Below are positions 56,815 to 64,000 of a DNA stretch of 64,000 nucleotides, piece by piece. The DNA comes from Vulcanimicrobiota bacterium (lineage in GTDB: Bacteria > Vulcanimicrobiota > Vulcanimicrobiia > Vulcanimicrobiales > Vulcanimicrobiaceae): assembly GCA_963733295.1 (NCBI GenBank), contig CAVTCS010000003.1:1920001-1984000 (forward strand). Reading direction: 5' to 3'. The translations under genes and the position numbers were made by a program. The notes under the pieces were generated by a model that did no database searches, was not told the origin of the DNA, and saw only the letters and a list, made by a program, of their open reading frames with translations. The number at the start of each line of letters is the position of its first letter. The stretch's first letter is position 1.

Positions 56815-58160
56815 TGGCGACCACGATTACGATGCCGCAACTGGGCGAAACCGTCACCGAGGGAACGGTCGCGCAGTGGCTCAAGAAAGTCGGCGACAGC
56901 GTCGAGAAGTACGAATCGTTCGTCGAAGTCTCGACCGACAAAGTCAACGCCGAGGTTCCCTCACCCGTCAGCGGCGTGATTCGCGAGCTCATCGTGAAGG
57001 AAGGCGAAACGGTTCCCACCGGTGCGGCCATCGCGATCATCGACGAAGTCGGTGCCGCGGCCGGCGCGCCCGAAGCAGTGCCTGCGCCGGCCGCAGCGGT
57101 GCCTCCGCCGTTTCAGCCGCCTCCACGACCTTCTCAGCCCGCTCTCGACGCACGCGAGGTTGTGTTGCGACGCGAGGCGGAGCGTCCCGCGAACGGTGCA
57201 TCGCGCGGCGGAAACGGGCAGGTCAACGCACCGGATATTCTTCGCCGCGTTTCACCGGCGGTCAGGCGACTAGCGCGCGAACATCAGATCGATCTGAGCG
57301 CGGTGCGCGGAACCGGAACGAGCGGCCGGATTACCGCCAACGACGTTCTCGCCGCTGCCGGTCGCGAAGGGCCGGCCGCCGTCGCGGCGGCGACGATCGT
57401 GCTCGAACCGCCGCCGCGAAGTCAAGGCAGCCCGGCGAAGCCGACGTATGCAACCGCGGCTCCCGGCGACTTGATCCCGCTCACGCAAGCGCGCAAGATC
57501 ATCGCGCAGCGCATGCTCGAATCCAAACGCACGGCGCCGCACGCTTGGACGATGGTCGAGGTCGACGTGACCAAGCTCTGGGCTTTGCGCTCGGCGGAAA
57601 AAGAGCGGTTCCAGCGTGAAAAAGGCTACGCGCTGACCCTCTTGCCGTTCTTCGCGTACGCCGTCGTGCAATCGCTGCGAGCGTTTCCGCTCATGAACGC
57701 GCGCTTCACCGACGACGGCATCGCGGTGAACAAGGACGTCAATATCGGGCTCGCCGTGGCCCTCGAAAGCAACTTGATCGTGCCGGTGATTCGTAACGCC
57801 GACGAGTACTCGATCGGCGGCTTGGCGGTCGCGGCCGGCAAGCTGATCGAGAAAGCCCGCGCAGGCAAACTCGGTGCCGACGATTTGAGCGGCGGCACGT
57901 TCACCGTCAACAATACCGGAGCGAACGGTTCGATCATGTCGGCGCCGATCATCAACGGCGGACAGGCCGCGATCGTCACGATGGAAGCGGTGGTCAAACG
58001 GCCGGTCGTCACGGCCGACGACGCAATCGCGGTGCGCTCGATGATGAACGTCTGCCTGTCGCTCGATCACCGGGTCGTCGACGGCGCGATCGCGAGCGGC
58101 TTCCTCGTCGACCTCAAGAAGCGCTTGGAGGCGATGGCTCGCGGCGCAACGGTGCTCTGA
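56814..58160 (+). CDS. Dihydrolipoamide acyltransferase E2
   Basis: Lipoyl domain EVSTDKVNAE, E3-binding SPAVRRLA..GTG..GRIT, catalytic DHRVVDG. Confidence 0.95.
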   Translation: MATTITMPQLGETVTEGTVAQWLKKVGDSVEKYESFVEVSTDKVNAEVPSPVSGVIRELIVKEGETVPTGAAIAIIDEVGAAAGAPEAVPAPAAAVPPPFQPPPRPSQPALDAREVVLRREAERPANGASRGGNGQVNAPDILRRVSPAVRRLAREHQIDLSAVRGTGTSGRITANDVLAAAGREGPAAVAAATIVLEPPPRSQGSPAKPTYATAAPGDLIPLTQARKIIAQRMLESKRTAPHAWTMVEVDVTKLWALRSAEKERFQREKGYALTLLPFFAYAVVQSLRAFPLMNARFTDDGIAVNKDVNIGLAVALESNLIVPVIRNADEYSIGGLAVAAGKLIEKARAGKLGADDLSGGTFTVNNTGANGSIMSAPIINGGQAAIVTMEAVVKRPVVTADDAIAVRSMMNVCLSLDHRVVDGAIASGFLVDLKKRLEAMARGATVL

Positions 58161-58531
58161 CGCAGGTTCGAAAACTGTTCCGCTTCGAGGCGGCGCACGT
58201 GCTTCCGCATCATCCCGGAAAGTGCAGCCGGCTGCACGGACACTCGTACCGTCTCGAAGTCGCCATCGAAGGCCCGCTGCAGGGCGACGGACCGGCGCGA
58301 GGCATGGTCGTCGATTTCGATGAGATTTCAAGCGTGGTGCGACCGGCCGTCGTCGACCGCCTCGATCACTCTTCGCTCAACGACGTCCTCCCCAATCCGA
58401 CCGCCGAACACATCGCGCTCTGGATCTGGGCAGAGCTGGCCCCACTCCTCAAAGGGCTGACGGAGATCGTCGTGTGGGAAACGCCGACCGCTTGCGCGGT
58501 GGTGCGCGAGGGAGATGCTCGGAGTCGCTGA
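58157..58531 (+). CDS. queD: 6-carboxytetrahydropterin synthase (CTG start inferred)
   Basis: FRFEAAH, GKCSRLHGHSY, GMVVDF, LDH, PTAE, WETP. Confidence 0.92.
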   Translation: MTQVRKLFRFEAAHVLPHHPGKCSRLHGHSYRLEVAIEGPLQGDGPARGMVVDFDEISSVVRPAVVDRLDHSSLNDVLPNPTAEHIALWIWAELAPLLKGLTEIVVWETPTACAVVREGDARSR

Positions 58532-59090
58532 GCTCTTCTACAGTCTGCAAGGCGAGGGGATGTGGACCGGAACGCCCGCCGTTTTCGTGCGCCTGGCGGG
58601 CTGCAATCTCAACTGCCGTTTTTGCGACACGGACTACGCGCTGCGTTCCTTCGCGACGCCCGCGCAGGTCGTCGCAGAGGTCCGAAAACTCGGCGGCGAC
58701 TGCCCGATGGTCGTGCTGACCGGCGGCGAGCCGTTGGCGCAAACCGAGAGTTCGGAGTTGATCGCCGCGCTGCAAGCCGACGGACGGCGCGTGCACGTCG
58801 AGTCGAACGGAACGATTCCGGTCGATCTGCCCGACGACGTCTGGCTGACGGTGTCGCCGAAAGAGCGGCTGCATCCCGCGATGGCGGCTCGCGCGAACGA
58901 GGTGAAATTGATCGTTGACGGCCGGGTGCCGCACGAATGGCTCGCGTCCTTCGAGCGGCCGGTGACCGTATTTCTGCAACCCGAAGGGAACAAACCGGGC
59001 AATATCGCGTTAGCGCTCGCCGCCGCGCAAGCCGAACCCGGCCGCTACCGGCTCTCGTTGCAGACGCACAAGTTCATCGGAATTCGTTAA
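58515..59090 (+). CDS. queE: 7-carboxy-7-deazaguanine synthase (radical SAM)
   Basis: FYSLQGEG, CNLNCRFCDT, TGGEP, VSPK, LSLQTHK. Confidence 0.95.
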   Translation: MLGVAELFYSLQGEGMWTGTPAVFVRLAGCNLNCRFCDTDYALRSFATPAQVVAEVRKLGGDCPMVVLTGGEPLAQTESSELIAALQADGRRVHVESNGTIPVDLPDDVWLTVSPKERLHPAMAARANEVKLIVDGRVPHEWLASFERPVTVFLQPEGNKPGNIALALAAAQAEPGRYRLSLQTHKFIGIR

Positions 59091-59091
59091 A

Positions 59092-59694
59092 TTGATTCTC
59101 GTCGTGTGCGCACTTCACGCAGAGTTGCGCGGCCTCGCGCCACGTGACGACGTTGAAGTTTTCGCGTGCGGCGTCGGCCCCGTCGAAGCTGCCGCGAGCG
59201 TCGCGCGCAAGCTTGCCGGCAACGGCTATAGCGCCGTCCTCAACGCCGGCATCGCGGGCGCCTTTCCCGGCGCGGCGCGGGTCGGCGAGGCGCTCCTCGT
59301 GCGTGAGGAAGTGCTGGCCGACTTGGGCCTCGAGGGCGGCGGTGAATTCACGCTGCCGGAAGGCGCGCGCATTACGGACCGGGTTCTCGCGGATGCGGGC
59401 TTGCTCGAGCGTTGCGCCGGCCTCGGACTCCGGACGGCTCGCGGGCTTACCGTCAGTGCGGTGACGACAACGCGCGCGACCGGCGAGCGCCTCGCGCGCG
59501 CGTACGAGCCCGGCGTCGAGTCGATGGAAGGCTTCGCCGTGCTCCGGGCGAGCGAACTCGCCGGCGTTCCAGCGCTCGAAATCCGCGGAATCTCGAATTA
59601 CGTCGGAGACCGGGCCGAGAGCGCGTGGGACTTTCGCGCCGGCGCGCGCGCGACCGTCAACGCTCTCGAAGCAGTCCTGGACGCGCTCGCCTAG
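59092..59694 (+). CDS. mqnB: Futalosine hydrolase
   Basis: GVGPVEAA, NAGIAGAF, ESMEGFAV, EIRGISNYVGDR...W; mqnD is nearby. Confidence 0.88.
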   Translation: MILVVCALHAELRGLAPRDDVEVFACGVGPVEAAASVARKLAGNGYSAVLNAGIAGAFPGAARVGEALLVREEVLADLGLEGGGEFTLPEGARITDRVLADAGLLERCAGLGLRTARGLTVSAVTTTRATGERLARAYEPGVESMEGFAVLRASELAGVPALEIRGISNYVGDRAESAWDFRAGARATVNALEAVLDALA

Positions 59695-60146
59695 ACGCCG
59701 GAATAGAGCAGTTTGTGGACTTCGTCGAGATCGTTGACCGTATTCAGCGTCACGGCATCTTTTAGGTCAGGGTTCTTGATTCCCGAATCGGCCTGCATGC
59801 TCTTACAATCATCGTCGCCGTGGTTGTAACCGGCGATGGCGGCATTGTGCTTGGCGATCTTATCGACCGAAATCGTGCCGCCGTTTTGCGCCAAGACGAA
59901 CTCCTCGAATTGCATGTACGTCGGCTTTTTGTCGCGGATGAAAGCGATCGTCTTGTCCTTGTCGAGACCCAGCGCGTTCAGCGTCATCTGGTCGAAGCCT
60001 TGACCGCACATGTGGTAGCCGTCGGCCAACATGTTGCGCGAACCGAGCGACAGTTTGAGCCAGAGGCGCGGTAAATGCAACGCCCCCATTGGTCCGGCAG
60101 TGCCCGAGCTGATCACAGGAACGATCTTCGTCGAGGTTGCGTTCAT
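59691..60146 (-). CDS. Conserved hypothetical protein (DUF5069-like)
   Basis: GPMGALHLPRLWLK N-terminal motif; GGGAGA RBS. Confidence 0.7.
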   Translation of the reverse strand: MNATSTKIVPVISSGTAGPMGALHLPRLWLKLSLGSRNMLADGYHMCGQGFDQMTLNALGLDKDKTIAFIRDKKPTYMQFEEFVLAQNGGTISVDKIAKHNAAIAGYNHGDDDCKSMQADSGIKNPDLKDAVTLNTVNDLDEVHKLLYSGV

Positions 60147-60210
60147 CGTGTTCTCCCATTTGGATCGCGTTGACGAGGGCTTTTACTTTGAGATACGGCA
60201 CTGGTGCACC

Positions 60211-61065
60211 GTGACTTCCGCAAAACCTCTCTCGCTCGCCTACTCGCCCTGTCCGAACGACACGTACATCTTCGCCGCTTGGACGAACGGTTTGATCGAT
60301 GGAGCGCCGCCCGTGAACGTGGTCCTCGACGACGTCGAAGCCCTCAACGAAGCGGCACTCAACGGGCGCCACGAGTTGACGAAGGTCAGTTACGGCGCGA
60401 TCCCCTACTTGCTCGACCGCTACCGCATCTTGCGCGCGGGAGGGGCGCTGGGGCGTGGCTGCGGGCCGCTGGTCGTCGCCCGCCCGGGTTCCGATGGGAG
60501 CGCGCCACCCCTCGCCGGTTTTCGCGCGCACGTGCGCATCGCGATTCCGGGTGAAATGACGACGGCTTACCTGCTGTTACGTCTCGCGCTGCAACGTCCG
60601 ATCGACGCGGTTCCCATGCGCTTCGACCGCATCGTCGAGGCAGTCGCGAACGGTGCGGTCGACGCCGGGCTCATCATTCATGAATCGCGTTTTACGTACC
60701 AGCGCGCGGGTCTCGCGCAAGTCGAAGATCTCGGTCAATGGTGGGAGCGCGAGACCGGTCACCCGATTCCGCTCGGTGCGATCCTGGCACGCCGCGACCT
60801 CGATCCCCAAGCGCTTGCGAACATCGACGACACGATCCGGCGCAGCCTCGCGTATGCAGACGCGAACGGCGCAAGCGTGGCACCCTACGTTCGCGAACAC
60901 GCCTTCGAGATGGACGAACACGTGATGCGCGCGCACATCGCGCTCTACGTCAACGACTACTCGCGCGACGTCGGCGACGACGGCATCGCCGCCATCGCCG
61001 CGCTGTTCGAACTCGCAGCCGCGGCGCGGCTCATACCGGAAACGATCAAACCCGAGTTCGCCTGA
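60211..61065 (+). CDS. mqnD: 1,4-dihydroxy-6-naphthoate synthase
   Basis: YSPCPNDTYIF, GALGRGCGP, IIHESRFTY, PIPLG, HIALYVN. Confidence 0.95.
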   Translation: MTSAKPLSLAYSPCPNDTYIFAAWTNGLIDGAPPVNVVLDDVEALNEAALNGRHELTKVSYGAIPYLLDRYRILRAGGALGRGCGPLVVARPGSDGSAPPLAGFRAHVRIAIPGEMTTAYLLLRLALQRPIDAVPMRFDRIVEAVANGAVDAGLIIHESRFTYQRAGLAQVEDLGQWWERETGHPIPLGAILARRDLDPQALANIDDTIRRSLAYADANGASVAPYVREHAFEMDEHVMRAHIALYVNDYSRDVGDDGIAAIAALFELAAAARLIPETIKPEFA

Positions 61066-61095
61066 GCTTGCGTCGAGCGACGGTGCTCGCTCGAT

Positions 61096-61533
61096 TTAGA
61101 ATTCGCCGTAGCCCCTCGCCATCGCGGCAGCGAAGATGGGCAAGAACGCAAACAAGACGAGCTCCGCGTACAAGAACCGTTGCACGCGCCCGACGGCCGG
61201 ACCGCTCGGCGCGTCGCCGGCGCGGCGCCACTTGAGGTACTGGATCGTGGGCGGCACCGACAAAATGGCTACGAGCGCGAACGTTGCCATTTTCGCCCAG
61301 AAAAATCCGTTGTGCGAGTAATACGCCCAGCCTTTCGCGGCGAAAATCGCCCGGGAGAAACCCACGACGATAATGGCGCCGGCGAGTGCGCCATACCAGG
61401 CGTCCACGCGCGCAATCCTCGTTACGACGTCGAGGCTGATGTCTCGCCGCACCAAGACAATTTCCACCGCGAGGACTCCAAAGAGCGCGAAAATGATGAG
61501 GTGGTGGCCGATGGCAAGCCAAAGATCAAGCAT
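61096..61533 (-). CDS. DUF2214-family membrane protein
   Basis: DAWYG, KGWAYYSHN.FFWAK, SVPPT, AAAMARGYG. Confidence 0.88.
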   Translation of the reverse strand: MLDLWLAIGHHLIIFALFGVLAVEIVLVRRDISLDVVTRIARVDAWYGALAGAIIVVGFSRAIFAAKGWAYYSHNGFFWAKMATFALVAILSVPPTIQYLKWRRAGDAPSGPAVGRVQRFLYAELVLFAFLPIFAAAMARGYGEF

Positions 61534-61604
61534 GACCGAGACTTTTCACGCCTGATAGGCGCGACCTCCGGCGTTGAGCCGCTAGCCGCGCCAAGCATCG
61601 GGCG

Positions 61605-61613
61605 TGATATAAT
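61605..61613 (+). promoter_or_regulatory. Extended -10 promoter (TGnTATAAT)
   Basis: Perfect consensus 24 nt upstream of the Uma2 ATG, with a GGGAGA RBS between. Confidence 0.65.
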
Positions 61614-61637
61614 CTGCGGCGAAGGGAGACGGGCGGC

Positions 61638-62222
61638 ATGATTGCCACGTTTCGGACCGACTCGAAAGTCAGCGACGAAGACATCGAGCTACTCTCGCGC
61701 CTAATTCCGCCATTCCGTTTCGAGCGGAACGGTCGCGGGGAGTTGATCGTCTCGCCCAATGGAACTGAGTCCGGCTTACATAGCGGCGAAGTTTACGGGC
61801 AGTTGTGGTCCTGGAACAAGGCGCTCGGAGCCGGCTTTGCTTTCGACTCCAACACCGGCTTCACGATGCCGGACGGCGCGATCTACTCTCCCGACGCGGC
61901 CTGGGTCGAGAAATCCCGCTACCTCGCCTTCGATCGCGCCGAACGCCGCAAGTATCTCAAACTTTGTCCCGACGTTGTTTTCGAGGTGCTTTCACCGAGC
62001 GATCGGCTCCCGAGCGTTCGCGAGAAGATCGGCGAATACATGAGAGGGGGCTCGAAACTAAGCGTCGCAATCGATCCCTTCAATTGCATCGCCGAAGTCC
62101 GCCGTTTCGACCGCGATCCGGAACTGCTGGCAAGCCCAACGCATCTCATTCTCGAGGCGCGCTACTTCGGCGCCGCGCAACGAGATTTCGTACTGGACCT
62201 CAGCTCGCTCTTTGAAGCCTGA
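61638..62222 (+). CDS. Uma2 (DUF820) family putative endonuclease
   Basis: RFERNGRGELIVSP, DSNTGF, SPDAAWV, PDVVFEVLSPSD, IDP. Confidence 0.9.
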   Translation: MIATFRTDSKVSDEDIELLSRLIPPFRFERNGRGELIVSPNGTESGLHSGEVYGQLWSWNKALGAGFAFDSNTGFTMPDGAIYSPDAAWVEKSRYLAFDRAERRKYLKLCPDVVFEVLSPSDRLPSVREKIGEYMRGGSKLSVAIDPFNCIAEVRRFDRDPELLASPTHLILEARYFGAAQRDFVLDLSSLFEA

Positions 62223-62234
62223 CGGGAAGCTCGA

Positions 62235-63485
62235 ATCAAGCGTCGTAGGCTCATCAAACTCCTAGCCGCGGCACCGATCGCGGGCCGCGCGCTCCCGCTC
62301 CGTGCCGTCGCGGCTTCACTGCCGCCGGCCAACGTCTCGCTCGGCGACGACGTCTTCCTGAGCGAGACGTGGCGGGAATTGAAAGGCCGCTGCGTCGGCA
62401 CCGTGACGAACCAAACCGGCGTTACGGCGCAGCTGGAATCGATCGTCGACGCGATCCGGCGCAATCCGCAAATTTGCCTGAAGGCGATATACGCGCCCGA
62501 ACACGGCTTCCGCGGCGACCGGCCCGCCGGCTCCTACGTCGCGTCGTACACCGACGAACGCACGGGCCTCCCCGTCTACAGCCTTTATGGCGCCACGCGC
62601 AAGCCGACCGCGGAGATGCTCGAGGACGTCGACGTGCTTCTGTTCGACATCCAAGATGTCGGCGATCGCGCGTATACGTACATTTGGACGCTCGCGTCGG
62701 TCATGCAAGCTGCCAAGGCGGCCGGGAAAGAAGTCTGGGTGCTCGATCGACCCAATCCGATCTCGGGCGCAATCGTCGAAGGTCCAGTTCTCGAGCCGGC
62801 CTACGCGTCGTTCATCGGACTCTTTCCGATTCCGATCCGTCACGGAATGACGGTCGGTGAACTCGCGCGCCTCTTCAACGAACACTTCGGCATCGGCTGC
62901 TCGCTGCGGGTCGTTCCGATGCGCGGCTACACGCGCGCGATGTTTTGGCCGGACACGGGCCTCTACTGGGTGCAGACCTCACCCAACATTCCCGAGTGGG
63001 AGACGACGCTCGTGTATCCGGCGACTGGCTTGATCGACGGGGCCGGAATCAACAACGGCACCGGTTTCACCAAACCTTTTAAGTACGCCGGCGCGCTGGG
63101 ACTCGACGGCGCGCGGCTCGCCGAGACCCTCAACGCGCGCAACGTTCCGGGCATCTTCTTCCGGCCTGCAGCCTGGACGCCGTTCTCGGGGTTTTGGAGC
63201 GGCCGAACGCTGACGGGCGTCGAGCTCGTCGTCGTCAACCGGCACACGTTCCGCGCGGTGCGCACCGCCGTCGAAATCTTGATCGCGGTTCGCAAGATCG
63301 CGCCCGGGGCGATTTCGATTCACAGCGCGACGGGTCTCGACAAGGACTGGGGGACGGATTCCTTGCGGCGCGGACTCCTCGAGGGCGACGGCGTCGAAGA
63401 AATCTTAAATCAGTGGATACCGGGTGAGCGTGCCTTCGCGACGCTGCGCGCGCCGTACTTGCTCTATCCGCAAGGGCCGGCGTAA
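62235..63485 (+). CDS. DUF1343 / NamZ-like exo-beta-N-acetylmuramidase with Tat-like signal (ATC start inferred)
   Basis: TNQTG, APEHGFRG, SLYG, FDIQDVG, LDRPNP, RHGMTVGELA, SPN; KRRRLIK leader upstream of the ORF-track start. Confidence 0.9.
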   Translation: MKRRRLIKLLAAAPIAGRALPLRAVAASLPPANVSLGDDVFLSETWRELKGRCVGTVTNQTGVTAQLESIVDAIRRNPQICLKAIYAPEHGFRGDRPAGSYVASYTDERTGLPVYSLYGATRKPTAEMLEDVDVLLFDIQDVGDRAYTYIWTLASVMQAAKAAGKEVWVLDRPNPISGAIVEGPVLEPAYASFIGLFPIPIRHGMTVGELARLFNEHFGIGCSLRVVPMRGYTRAMFWPDTGLYWVQTSPNIPEWETTLVYPATGLIDGAGINNGTGFTKPFKYAGALGLDGARLAETLNARNVPGIFFRPAAWTPFSGFWSGRTLTGVELVVVNRHTFRAVRTAVEILIAVRKIAPGAISIHSATGLDKDWGTDSLRRGLLEGDGVEEILNQWIPGERAFATLRAPYLLYPQGPA

Positions 63486-63518
63486 CTCCGCCGTCAAACC
63501 GGCCAAGAGCCATCTAAC

Positions 63519-64000
63519 ATGACAAGGTTCTTAGCTGCTGTAAAAAATCTCCCGCCGGCCTATTTCGGGCTGGTGATGGCCACCGGCATCGTCTCCATCG
63601 CGGCGCAGGATTTTCATCTGCCCGGCGTAGCCGTAGGGCTTTTCGTGCTGAATTTCTTTGCGTACGCGGCGCTGGTTGGGTTGACGGTGTTCCGTGCTAT
63701 TCGCTACTGGCCCGAGTTCGGCGCCAATCTGACCGATCATCGGATTGGGACCGGATTCTTTACGACGGTCGCGGGGACGGGTATCGTCGGCGCTCAGTTC
63801 CGGTTGATCGCCGGCAACGTACCGGTGGCAACCGTTTTCCTGGGCATCACAATCGTGCTCTGGATTGCTTTCACGTACACGATATTCGTGGCGTTCACGG
63901 TCAAGAAGGACAAGCCGCTACTTCAAAACGGGATTACCGGGGCGTGGCTTCTGGCGGTCGTCGCCACTCAGTCCGTCGTGGTCCTTGGGGCGCTGATCGC
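63519..64000 (+). CDS. TDT-family (tellurite-resistance/C4-dicarboxylate) transporter, partial
   Basis: MTRFLAAVKNLPPAYFGLVMATGIVS..., GFFTTVAGT, ITGAWLLAVVATQS; open to the window end. Confidence 0.88.
   Translation, partial: MTRFLAAVKNLPPAYFGLVMATGIVSIAAQDFHLPGVAVGLFVLNFFAYAALVGLTVFRAIRYWPEFGANLTDHRIGTGFFTTVAGTGIVGAQFRLIAGNVPVATVFLGITIVLWIAFTYTIFVAFTVKKDKPLLQNGITGAWLLAVVATQSVVVLGALI

Noticed and set aside
58157..62222. queD/queE plus Uma2 as a 7-deazaguanine DNA modification (Dpd) defence system
   Set aside because: There is no dpdA/tgt-like or other dpd gene in the window, Uma2 genes are common stand-alone paralogues, and the context is housekeeping.
61638..63485. Selenocysteine or read-through fusion of Uma2 and NamZ at the in-frame TGA
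   Set aside because: The TGA is at the natural end of Uma2 and is followed by a signal peptide; no convincing SECIS hairpin is evident.

Overview
This is a high-GC bacterial chromosomal window, densely coding and mostly housekeeping. A secretin implies an outer membrane; gene content is compatible with Ca. Eremiobacterota/Vulcanimicrobiota, but that is only an inference. In order it contains: a SUF Fe-S cluster (sufR and a U-type scaffold divergent from sufCDS-sufU, with no sufB), an orphan secretin, a liv-type ABC transporter, sodC, acs and a GH125. Next is an ECF sigma factor coupled to a zinc-finger anti-sigma/O6-alkylguanine alkyltransferase fusion. It is followed by a structured intergenic RNA with a terminator/antiterminator, a PHP phosphoesterase with a histone-H1-like tail and an EF-G paralogue. 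The rest holds thiO-thiS-thiG-rhodanese, xth, ETF-QO, larA, an S53 peptidase, glcDEF, a sulfatase, gltB, a branched-chain 2-oxoacid dehydrogenase-queD-queE-mqnB operon, mqnD, Uma2, NamZ and a partial TDT transporter. I found no tRNA, rRNA, CRISPR array or transposase. The best candidate for a new system is the ECF sigma/ZAS-Ogt alkylation sensor with its downstream RNA and PHP-H1 gene (18.9-22.3 kb). Also seen: four single-base insertions (probably assembly errors), probable CTG/ATC start codons, probable leaderless genes, and a palindromic repeat insert between sufS and sufU. All assignments come from reading motifs by eye; no searches were run.
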